From Camelus ferus (lineage: Eukaryota), in NCBI RefSeq assembly GCF_009834535.1, contig NC_045696.1:57724001-57788000 (forward strand): a stretch of DNA of 64,000 nt, in the 5' to 3' direction. The position numbers and the translations under genes were made by a program. Below, one piece after another: positions 27,801 to 42,195 of this stretch (within the stretch, counting starts at the first letter, position 1; each line of letters starts with the position of its first letter). A model generated the notes under the pieces. That model was not told where the DNA came from and searched no databases. It was given only the letters and a program-made list of their open reading frames with translations.

Positions 27801-28845
27801 TTGCATATTTCAGTGGTCCTTTTAGGGGGACCCAGTGTGAGGCCAGAGGAGCTGCAAGTAGGAGAGAGAAGGGCTCGGTGTGAAAGCTTGTGGAGCGCAG
27901 CAGAAACTACCCCAGGAGAAGAGGGAGGGAGTATATGCCTGAGGCCAGAGAATGATGACCGTGTGCATCAGCATTTGTTCACCTACCCTACCTCAGTCCC
28001 TCCTTCTTTCCAGTGCTACCTTTTGGAATTTCATAGCTGGGGTTACAAAAAAAATGCTAATTCCAGTGAGAGGCAGACACATCTCTGCATTCAAAAATGC
28101 ATCCAGAGAGACTGGGAGAGGTCTCAGGTGAAGGCTTTTATGCTTTCCTCTACATCAGCACTTCCCAAGCCTGTATTTCACAGCATTATAACAAGTATTC
28201 TAGGGTTGGGAGGGTGGGGATGAGGTCTCGGGCGGAAATGAATTTGGGAATAAGTGAGTTAAAGTTGAGCAGTTATCGTCACTGCAGGACTTCTCAGAGC
28301 CTTTGGGTGTTGACTGTGCCCTTGTGGCACAGAAGTACACAATTCCCAAACTTATTTTACCCCAGGACACTTTGTGGTGGCACGTCTTGGGACACTGGAC
28401 TAAAAAATACCACTTCAGATGTCAGGGTTCCTCACAGTTTTGAAAGGCAATACTGAGATGTTATTCCACAGAACTATTTCACGTAGGACTTGAAGCTCTG
28501 GCATTTTTCTTTATAAAAACATCACTTGCATGTTTTTGCTTTTCACCTGAACCATTTCATTAAGTCTGTGGGTGTCCACACATTGATCAGCAGGGCTTAC
28601 TTAAGGGAAATGTTTTGGGGCAAGAAATTTTGTAATTCGTGGCCCATGTCCCCAGGAACTCACTCAGTCCTGCTGTGGAACAGCCGGCGTTGGTGATGTC
28701 AAAGCCCAAAGCCAGCATCCACTTTCAACTCACAGGACTCTGGACCAGAGAAGTGAGCATTTCTTGTCATTTTTTAACCTTGAATTTTCACTCCCCCTCA
28801 CCTCCCCTTCTAGTTCTTTTTAATTCTTCTGTCATTTTTTTTTAA

Positions 28846-28974
28846 CTTTTTTTTTTGGGGGGGTGGGTATGGGGAAGTAATTAGATTCATTCATTTAATA
28901 GGTACTGGGGATTGAACCCAGGGCCTATGTGCATGCTAAGCAGGCACCCTACCACTGAGCTAAACCCTCCACCC
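28846..28974 (-). mobile_element. tRNA-derived SINE (vic-1-like, longer tail variant)
   Basis: ggtactggggattgaacccaggg...ccactgagctaaaccctcc with a T-rich tail. Confidence 0.85.
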
Positions 28975-31900
28975 TTGTTATTTTCTTTCTTCTTGCAGTA
29001 GTTCCATAAGCTTCCTGACAGTTTCTCATGGGCACTCCACACATGTAGTCATTCAGTCATTTGCAGAGCCCCTCTGTTTTCCAGGCCACAGAAGCAGCAG
29101 ACCAGACCTGCATCGAGGAGCTCACAGCACAGCATTTATGAACATTTATTTCCTCTCCTCTTTATCTTTATTTGCTTTGTCTCCACTCTTTCCCCGACTT
29201 TGCTCGGCGCCGCGTGCTGCTTCTCCCCACCCTCGTTCATCTTTTCTTCTCCCGTCCCTGATAGCTTTTTCCAATGACTAACAGGAACCCAGCTCAGCTG
29301 GTTTTTATCACGCTCCTGTCCTTGCATTTTTCCGACTCAATTAAGCCATTACCAGAGCTAAATGAGGCATGGACTCTCCAAAAGTCACACCTGTTGTCAG
29401 GGAGCTGGAGGGTAAGACCCTGTGCAGAGGGCGGGCGGGCGGGTGGCAAGCAGGGCTGGAGGGAGGCAGCCGAGTGTGACCCGGCAGGCTGTGCTCCCCC
29501 AGTGCTGAAAGAGGGCCCTCATCTTAAAGAAGATGTCCCTTGCTTTAGTAGGGAAGGAATGAAGTCTGACATGGAACTGAGGATGGCTCCATTGGTGATG
29601 ACAGATAAGACAGCCCTAAGTCTTTGGCAAATGTGCACCAGGTGCATATAAAAACCCACATTGTGGCTGTGTCCTCAGCAAGGGGTAAAGAAAGCCGTAA
29701 CCAGCGCCAGCTACATGGGTTTTGTGATTATTAGTTGAACTTTCTCAGGTTTTTCCCTGTTCACCCTCATTAAAACATACAAGTTTCACCTTTCTGCAAT
29801 GGTGGCTTACTGTTCGTTTTCTTTATGATCAGAGTGATGAAAGAGGGCAAAAACCTGCAGTACAGTAAATCAGAGACAAATCGGTGTATTCACCTACAAA
29901 GATAAACGGTCTCTATTAGAAATCAGTTTTCATTTTTTAACCACCTTTTGTAGGCAACCTAGAATTTCTGCAGCCTAGGAATTGAGAGATTGTACCTTCT
30001 GAGCTTGCTGTGTCTCTAATTTATTAAGTGGTTTATCTTCAGAAGGTCTATGTCCCTGTTTTCTCGAGTTGAAATGTGAGCACAATCACTCCACTCCAGA
30101 CTTACACAATTTCCAAAAATGGTAAAGCCAAGGGGCAAGAGCCAGAGTGGATTTTACGTTGATGGAAATTAAAATGTTGCTGTGTTGACTCCAAACCTTG
30201 CCTTGCTATCCTGTTTTAGTTTGTCCTAGACCCTTGAACTTGTATGAGCCATCCAACTTTTTGGACAAATGCAAATTCAACAGATATTTTTTTGAGCATC
30301 TGTTCATTACCAGGTTCCTTGTTCTATGCTGGGAATGCAACTGTGATTGTGATGAAGTCCTTGCTCTCAGGAACCTTTGGTCTTATGGGGTGACTCCTTC
30401 CCTTTTCTGTCCTAGAATTGCCCAACCAACCCGTTTTTCACTCTTCTGCTTCATTCATTCATTCAGCAAATAAATGTGGCACAGCTACTAAGTTCCAGTC
30501 ACTGTACTTGATGCCAGGCTACAGTGAGGAAAAGAAACAGGCCCTACCCTCATGAAGCTTCCTGTCCCCACTTTAAATTAACTCTCTCTGGCAGTCACCA
30601 GAAAGAATGTCACCCCTCCCTTTGTACTTTCTCAGTACTTAGTTCATGCCTCTTCTTTGCATCACTGTAATTAAAATATGTTCTGCTGTATCCTTTTCAA
30701 CTATAATACATCTGTCTCTTTTGCAAGATGAGCACCTTGAAGGCAACGACTTCAGCTTTCTTTTCTGAGTACCTTGCACTCCCTAGTGTCTAGCACATAA
30801 AGGAGCTCAATCAATGTTTTTTTGAAAGAATAAATAATTGAATTTATAAGTTCATGGACCTGTGGAACCATAGACTGATCTGCTCTGACTTCCCATCCCA
30901 CATCTCTCAGATGAGGAACTCAGCGATCAATCACCCGTCAGTACTGAAACTCTCCTCGTGATTTCAAGGGCCTTCTAAATACAAAACCAGTTGGTCCACG
31001 GATCATTTCTTCTTCCAAACATATCTGCCATTGAGATAAAGAACAAATACTAGCTTCAGCTTGTATTTGCGATACTTTTTTGCAGGAGTGCAAACATGAT
31101 TACATATGATTTAAACGAAATAAACTTATAGTAAGGAGAACAAATGAGTCTATTTGTGACTGTTGGATAGATACTGTTAATATCGCTGCCATAAGAAAAA
31201 AATGCAACAGTGGCTTAAACAAACTAGAAGCGTTCTTTCCTCTGTCATGTGAACATCCGGAAACAGTCTGATATTGAGGTTCTGCTTCATGAAATCCTCA
31301 GCTCGAGTCACCGTCATTCCCTGGGATAAAGCTCATGGTTCAAGATGGGCTCCAGCTGTCACATCCACCTGCATACAACAGGATAGAGGAAGAGGGGACA
31401 AAGGGCCAGAGGACAAACACCAACTGTCTCTTAAGGAGTTTCCTAGAAGCTGCTCCAGGGCACTTCAGCTTACACCCTATTGGCCAAAGTTTAGTCTTAA
31501 GACCACATATAATTATATAGGAAGTTGGAGAAAGTAGTCTTTATTTTGGACAACTACTTGTCCAGCTAAGACCTATTTTACTGTGGCATAAAGGAGTATG
31601 GTACAAAGGATACAATTAGAAGTCTCTACTGTAGATCCTACAACTGAGACATTAGTGATTATTCACAAACTTTGTCTTCTAGTGATTGCCAGCTGAAGTC
31701 ACAGTCACGAACGCCGATTGTTAATCCACTGCTATGATCGCGCTTGGTACTGCTGTGATTGTTGAGATCTAGGCGGTAGGAGTGAGGTAGAAAGAAGAAA
31801 GCTTTTGCAACAAGGACGTTGGGGGGTGATGGGAGTCTGGCTAAGGCACTGGCAACAAGAATGGAAAGGGGAAGTCAGAGGTGGAAAGAAGTGGTAGAGT

Positions 31901-34453
31901 CAACAAGACAATGCAATTGGATGCGGTAGGAAAGGGAGTGGGAGGATCTAGAATGATTCTCAACTTTGAAAGCAAATTAGACCCTGGTAATTGGACTAAA
32001 AAGGGTGGTTTGGAGACTACATTAGACTCGTGGAGTTAACTGCTGCAAACTGACCCGAAATCTCTCCTTCATCTATTACTTCTTGCCATGAATTTTCTGT
32101 TGAATGGACTAATGAAGTTAATAAACTTCTCCAAGTAGTTAATCTTTCACAGGAAAATTTAACAGGTCTCAGTGACTTCCCTAGCCAGTTATAATGTTCC
32201 CTCTCCTAATTCAGTACATTACACGAGACTCTTTAAAATTCTGAGTTCTTGAGGCATTCGTAATTCAAGTGCCAGAATTTCTCACTTGAGTAAGCTGAAT
32301 ATATGAGGAGTCCATTCTCCCATCTAGAAAGTAGAGTTGGTATTGCCCTCTTTACTCTTGTGAAGTTTAAAATACATTGGCTGTTTAAAGGACCTGACAC
32401 AATGCTTGGTTCAATAAATGCTAGATTCTGTCTCCTTCCAAAGTACTTTCTTTTTTATGCATTCATTCAACAAACATTTATTCAGCAGTTACTATTTCAG
32501 ACACTGTGCTAAGTGCTGGGGAGCAAAGTTGAATTTAGGTATTGAGAACAAAGTTATATGTTTTTCTTACTTCTGAATATTGGCATAGATTCTGACCCTC
32601 TCCACTAGTGTGCCTGCCCACTGGACAGGGAGTTCCTGAGGGCAGGAAACATGCAGGTGTGTGATGTGATGCCTTTATATTTCCAGTCCTTAGCACATGT
32701 ACTTATTAAATATATGAATGAATACATGACCAAGGTCAAGAAATGAAGCTAAAAATCTAAGAGCAGGACTGAGGTCAGAGAATCTGGATGGTCGTGGATG
32801 TTTAGACATTACTGGAGACAATTCTGTGACTGTTGAGTATCTGATGGGGTGCTCCTTCCATTTGGGGCCCAGTACCCTCTGCTAGAATGACTGTTGGAGG
32901 AGGAGGTAGGTTCCTAAGGGACAAGGGACAGTATATGACAATGGTTAGGAGCTTGGGGTCTGGAATGAGACATTTATGCATCTAATTATAGTAAAGTGTG
33001 ATCAGTCTTCCAAGAGGGGAACTCCAAGATCCAAGATGTAAAGGACAACAACAGTGGACCTACCTTAACTGAGAGTCCATGGAAGGCTTCCTTGAAGATT
33101 CCTTATACATTGCTCACTGTACAACTGAGGGGTCAGTGAAGATAGAAATCCAGCCCGCATTCCACTCCCAAGTTGGACACCTTGGTACAAGACTGTGTCT
33201 GGCCCACAGGAGTTCTTTTCTCCATTCACACAAAGGCCCCACAGTCCACCAAGCCATGATCCCACAGTTATGGACAACTGAAAGCTGAAAGACAGGTAGA
33301 TGTTTTCTAGGCAAAGTTTAGGCTAGAGGCATCATCCAGAAAGAGGAATGGTATGTGTGAGATATGGGGATTTAAAAAAAAAAAAACTTGTACTTAAGGA
33401 ACTAAAGGAAGTTCAGTGTGGCTGGAGGGTGGAGTTCAAAGGGAAACCCAGCAAGAGTGAGGCTAGAAAGTTATTCATTACAGCTTGCATGTTCTGTGAG
33501 TTTACTAGTTACACTGTGCTAATGGCTCTCCGTGCATTATTTTATTGAGATCAGAGGTTAAGTGACTTTCCCAAAGTCATATGTTAGGAAACAGTGGAAC
33601 TATGATTCAAAGCCAGGTTTAACTCCAGAGCTTGTGCTCCAAACCACTTGTTCCATGGCATCCAAAGATTTTCAAAGGTGGGTTGCAAAGGGACACAACT
33701 GGAGGCAGGAAGGCCAGTTAGGAAATAGTTGCACAAACCCAGATGAGAAATGCTGGTGGACTTAAGGTGGCCTTGAAAATGGGAAGCAGTGGATGGATTC
33801 CAAAGAGATTTAGGATGTAGAGTCTACAGGATGTGATGGCTGTTTGAATATGAAGGGCAATGATGAGAAAAGAGAGAGGGCAGGGAGGACTCTGTCTGGT
33901 GCCTTTGTGGATGGCATGACATTTGTTGAGATAGAAAACAGGAAAGGAGGAACAAGTTTGGGAGGAAGGTGAGTGCAGCGTCTGTCCAGGTGGAAACACC
34001 TGTGGGACATCCAGGTGGAGATGTCCAGTTGACAGTTCAGTGCTTGAACCTGAACCTCAGGAGAAACTGTACATTGAGCCAACATTGACATATATTTGGG
34101 AATTGCCCCACAGAGTGGACGAGAGAGGGTGTAGAGTGAGAAGAGCTGAGAGCTCCTACTAGGATAATCATGCTACAGCAGAAGGACTGTCCCCTAGATC
34201 CTGCTGTAGAGCTTGGCAGAACCTAATCTGACCCTTGATTTATCTGCATCCTTCAAAGATTTGTGTTTGTGTAATATGAAGTTTTTTTTTATCTTGCATG
34301 AAGTGCTATAAAAATGAGACGCTAAGCCTTGCCTTCCCCACCTGTCACCCTTCAGCCTCTCTGAATGGAAATTCTGAGCCACCTCGGTTGCAGTCATTAT
34401 AACAATGTGGGATTTAGGCTTAGTTGAATTCATTTTGTCTCTCTCTTTTCTAG

Positions 34454-34879
<426 letters not shown>

Positions 34880-35146
34880 TAGGGGAAGGGAGCCACCTCG
34901 GAGAGTCACCTCCTCTGGGTGGCTGGAGAAAAGCTGTTACCATACCCACGATAATTTTTCCGAAGTTGGTTCTCTCTTTTCAGAAATGGTGATTGGTAAT
35001 CATGCCGAAGCTATTATTCCCCTCTCATTTTTTTAAAAGGAATTTTCCAAAAATAAAATGTCAGAGATACGGAGTAGGAAAATCCATGGCCTGCTGGAGC
35101 ATAGAACCAGTCACTTGATAACTGAGTCATCACTGTTCACTGGAGG

Positions 35147-35324
35147 TAGTGTTGCTTAATGGAAGACCGAGTACCTAGAAGGAAATTTATTGTAGGTCTT
35201 GCAAACCTGAGTAGTAAAATCTCCTGTTGACCTTATAGTGTTGCTTAATGGAAGACCGAGTACCTAGAAGGAAATTTATTGTAGGTCTTGCAAACCTGAG
35301 TATTAAAATCTCCTGTTGACCTTA
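35147..35324. repeat. Tandem duplication, 2 x 89 bp, one mismatch
   Basis: tagtgttgcttaatggaagaccgagtacc...ctcctgttgacctta at 35147-35235 and 35236-35324. Confidence 0.97.
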
Positions 35325-35429
35325 AGTTCTCTAATGGTCATAATAGCTGACTGTTGGCTGCCTCATTCTTATTTTTTAAAAGATTTTAAAGTTTAAAGAA
35401 ACTTCCATGGTTAGCATGACTCAGGCATC

Positions 35430-35830
35430 TTCGAAATGCAGCCCGTAGCATTTTGGAACCATTCCCATGAGAAAGTCTTACAGAAAGCTGAACTCCCCCT
35501 GCTAACACAGAATCCATCTAACACAGATGGAGAAACTCGCAATCCAGCTAACTCTGTCACTGGACTCTCTCTTTAGCCATTTGAAGACAGCTGACATGTC
35601 CCTTTGAATCATTTCTTTTCCAGGCCAAATAGTCTCAGATTTTTAAAATAATTATTTAATGACTTGATTTCCAGACACTCACCATTCTGGATGCCCTCTA
35701 TCTGATGTTCCCTAATTTATCATGACTCTTTTAGAATTTGACACCTAAAACTAGGTGCAATTCCTTCAAATAGTAACTGACTTCTGAGAGTCCAGTGGGC
35801 TGCATTATCACCTCCCTTACTCTGGACGTC
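35430..35830 (-). mobile_element. L3/CR1 LINE remnant (similar piece at ~7100-7520)
   Basis: ttgaagacagctgacatgtccc...tttcttttccaggccaaatag...tttccagacactcaccattctgg. Confidence 0.45.
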
Positions 35831-37152
35831 AGAAACCATTACTGCACCCCAGGGCTTGACCCATCTTCTGAGAGAGAAGAGCACTTTCTCTTGAGAGCTG
35901 CACCTTCCAGAAAGGAGCCGGCACTTTTCCTTGGTCTTCCTGAGAGCTCGAAAGTGAAAAAGAAAACTAGGATTGTTCCAACAAAACTGGATTTCTGCTC
36001 ATATTCTAATGAGAGCTCACAAGTTAGACAAGATTTTCACATTTTTTTAATGAATGCAGAAAAGCTAAGTGTAGAATTTCAGTGATGCTGATTATATCCT
36101 TCACAGTCCATGTGGATAAATATCCTCTTTATTGTACCCTGCAGGTGCTACGTATATACCTAAGATCAAGCTAGAAGCATGCCCTGAAATAATACGTATT
36201 TTTAATTATATTAAAGAAAGATAGGAAAATCAGTTTAACAGTATAGATGTTCTATATAATGAAAAATTCTGTAATATGTCTTAGTGACTTTGCAGGTTTA
36301 AAAAAAATAAGTAAATGAAAGCAGGAAATGTGAAGGAAATGACTAAGAGAAAATGTCACATTAAAAGTTAGACCAGAACCTTCAGGAACCTAACTGACAT
36401 ACAGTGAAATGTAACAGATTGTGTTTCTCTCCTCTTGTCATTGAGTTGAAGTAGTGAAACCCACGCGAGGACCTCCAGGCTGGTTAGGTTAGGTTTTCTT
36501 CTTTGGGCACTGATACACTGATTCAGAACATTTATCAAGCTCTCACTGTCTGCCAAGTCCTAGGAGAGTGAAAACTACGTCATTGACCCTATTTCTCTTT
36601 GTTAATTTGCTTGATTTTTATTTAAGATAGCATTCTTTGAAAAGCAATGAATGCTCATTTTTTTAAATAGGAAGTATATATAAGCCAAAAGCACACAATT
36701 TTAAAGTTCATCATTCTACCATCCAGAAGCAACCACTGTTTGTGAACAGCCTTCCTGTGCATAATGTTTGTTTGTTTGTTTACAAAGATGAGATCACTCA
36801 TGTCCTTTTCCCCTTCAGCCTTCAGGAATGCCATAGTCTATATTTGTGACTCTGCAGATCTGAAGTTATTTTTAGGCTCCTGCATATTAAAGCCTGTTTA
36901 TATTTTCCCCGGTCTTTTTTCTTTTTAAATCTCGATATTACTTCTATTTTAGTACCTCACATCAGCTACTTCAAATTCTTTGCAGGATGAGGCAGGTACA
37001 AATTATTCATTCTACTACTAACCACAGTCCTTGTTGTCATTGCTCATTGTTCCCTAACTCTGCGAGGCACCATGCTGAGAACTTTGCATAATTATCTCAT
37101 ACTCACAGCCACCCTCTGAGGTGTTATCCCCATTTTACAGAGAGGACTTTGA

Positions 37153-37839
<687 letters not shown>

Positions 37840-40800
37840 TAAGAGTTTAGTTATTTATTTTCCACTCCATCCCTTCAGTAAATGGCTATTCTGCCCTTGC
37901 TTACTAAGAGGAATGAGGCCAAACAATGTAAAGCCCACCTTCAAACCCAAAATAGCTGCCTTTAGTCCTATTCCCTTAAGTCTTTGCCTCTCTCCCCTGT
38001 GGTTGAAAGTTTAGCTCAGACGAAAACAGAGTGTATTTTCTCACAAAACAGGAACTTAATCATTGTCATGCACATTGTAGAAATTGAAAATATTCTGTTT
38101 CATTCTTGTATTCTATAAGAAATACTCGTAGAGCATGTATGAATAAGCAGTTTCTACTCTGCAGGAACTCAGCCTACGTGGGGAGATAGATGCATTTTCA
38201 AATACTCACAATTCACTGAAACAAGTGCTTTAATAAACACGTTCAAAGTTGCATATGTTTTTCACCAAAAAAAGACAGCAAACTCTAAATGCCATTTTAT
38301 AACCTGATTTTTTATAGAGCAAATCTTTTCTCATGTTAATATTTATAGATCTGTGACATCATTTTATAATAGTGAAAAATTGGAAACAACCTAAATGCCC
38401 ATGGATGGGAGAATCAGCTCAATTGTGATGTATCGCATATCAATTTTTAAATTAAATTATAAATCACACTTTATTTTTTCAGTGTCTAATATTTAAAATC
38501 TGTAAGAGTATCTTTGAAAAATTCACATTTCTATGTTGGGATGTCTCCGTTTCCTTGGTGATAGCCATTATCCGTTTTTATACACGTGGCAACTGAGAAA
38601 GTCTTGTCATCATTTCCCGAATCCTTACTTCAGGGAATTAAAGGTGTTTCCCAAGGGGAAGCCCTGGCTCTGTAATCTTTGTGCCAAAATGATCTCACAA
38701 AGCCCACAGCAGTAAATGTGTTGGGCAGGATGCAAATATGCGTCTTTTAAATTTGGCATATTAGGCAGCATAATATTTTAAATTCATACTTAAAGTAAGT
38801 TGTCATGCCCAATAAACATAAGAGGTAATTGCCATCAATAAATAAAGAACACAAAGGGGAGGATTCTAGTTCACTGTGGTTTGGATGAAAGATAAGGTTA
38901 AGTTGAACTTGAATGGTAAAAGTGTTGAGAAGACTATAATGATTATCAGTCAAACCAATGTAAGTGTATCTAAATGTTGTCTGTCATGGCTACATGTTGG
39001 AGCATTCAGGGAGCTTTAAAAATATTGATGCCTGGGTCTCACCCTCCCACCCCCTAGAGATCCTGGCTTAATTGATATGAGATGCAGCCTGGGAGTCAGG
39101 AGTTTTGAAAGCTCCTGAGGTGATTCTGATGTGCAGCAGAGCTGGGAACCACTGCCCTGCAGGGTGGGGACAGATGCCCTGTTGTATTTCTTATACCACT
39201 CACGCCACCAAGTGGATGGAACAAGCAGGCCAGCAGAACGAGCTGTGGTTAGAAGTTTTCTGAATCATTCGTGAAACTTCTCCCCTCTTACAATAAAGTT
39301 TTGTATGTTTTTAAGGGGGTTTTTTGTGGGGGGGTAATGAAATGGTATTTACCCCCACTTTTCTAGTTTGCTTTTTAAAAAGTGGACAAATATTATAAAT
39401 GCATTCTTTAAGAGAAACATATCCATGGGGGATATATTTGTTTGTAATTTTTTATCTTTAAAACCCTTTATGGCCAGTTTTTCAAAAGAGATCAAGAAGT
39501 AAGCAACAATGAATGAATTTACAAAAGACCTGAGTGGATTTTTTATTTGCAAAAACTAGATTGAGAAGCCTGTTGTCTGGGTCTGCAAATGAAGATCTCT
39601 AAAAACAACATCTCCAGGATTATCTAATCTAACTGCCTACCTCATGGATTCCCAGAGTAGAGCAAGAAGAAGCTTATTTCAATAATAGAAAAAAAAAAAA
39701 GGATCACTTTTGTATTATAACTCCCCAAATCAAAGTTCTTATCAGAAAATTCATGCCTGCTCTTTAGCAAAGTTGGCCCAGGTCTTTCATACATCAGTGT
39801 CTTTTCTGTTTTTGATATAGAAACTATTTATGGAATAATTCATTTCAAAACACTCAACATTGAAAACTAACTGTTTTAATTGGAGAAAAATATATTTTAA
39901 AAAAAGCAGTCCCTCAAATTCTTCAACATGGTTTTCTTAAGTTTTAAATCTCTCTAGAAAACTGGAAAACAAGAGATTTTTAAACCCTCTTTCATTACCA
40001 AGAAGAAATTCCATTCAGTGCAAAAAAGCTTTGTGCTTCAGAAGAAATGGTCCAATAACTTGGAACTTCCTAACTGGTGAGCAGGACGTCCAGGAGTGCT
40101 GCAGATGGGCTAAGATATTGAGCCTCTCTGGGTTTGGGATGGTAGGTGGGGTCTAGGGTGGTCAGAGCACACCCAGCAGGGCTGGTCAGCTGCTGCCATT
40201 CACCCCGCCTTCTCTGTTTGCCACAATGTGAAAAGAAGTCAGGAAGCTCTGCACTAACAAATGCCTTACATAGTGTTCAGATACTTCTTCAGGCAAGGAT
40301 CTTTTACTGGCAAAGGTAGGGCTTTCTTCCCTTGGTGGCCCACACTCCTGCTCAGATATTGAACTGGCTATGTCCGAGAAAGTGGAAACACATTGGGGCA
40401 GCTTCTCCAGGGTTCCTTTTCAGCCTCTCTAGGTTTTGGAGACCCACATCTAAAGCCTGTCCAGAGGCCTCAGCCACCACCTGAAATTGACCAGAGGAAA
40501 GGGCTCTCGGTGGTGATTGAAGTCACTGAGAAGCCAGGAGAGGAAAGGAAGTTTTTATGACTGTATTTAATGATGTACATCATTGTTATTGTGATGAAGA
40601 GGAATTGAGCCTAATGTACCTAAATGGCTATTTGAGCCTAAATGATAAACAGTTCTTAGAAATAACTGCAATCGAGGGTACTTTTATCTAAAGTATTACA
40701 GTAGGTGGAGGAGGTGGGGCGATGCGGGAGGGAAGAGAGGGAATAGCTGGAGACTGGAAGAGAGAAACTAGGCAGAGTAAGAAAGGGGAACCCCTCGGGG

Positions 40801-41196
40801 TGAAGACCCTTAGATTCATAACCCAAAGGGAACCTGATTCCTTCCAGAAGTGAGTCACTGACAAAGTGTTCATTATAGTAAAGGGGAAGCTAAAACACTC
40901 AAATGAGAAGCTGGACCCCACAGGCAGAAAATGTGTACATGGATATATTGCAGCCAGTGAGACAGCACAGAGGAAGTTAGAGAAACTGGCACAGTGCATA
41001 AAGGCTCTCCTTGAAAGGATAAGTAGCTTCTACTGTTGTTGGGTTGACTTTAGGCCAGACCCACCTTTGAAGGTAGCACTGTGGGAATTAGAACACTCTC
41101 TGATAGGCTGACAGATGGTTGAGTGCTCACACTGGAGAGGAACAGATTCTGGTTGTCCTTACCTTTCATCCTGTCTCCAGTGACTAGCATGTTTGA

Positions 41197-42195
<999 letters not shown>

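Noticed and set aside
35147..35324. CRISPR-like or other repeat-array system
   Set aside because: Only two directly adjacent copies with no spacers, in a eukaryotic intron
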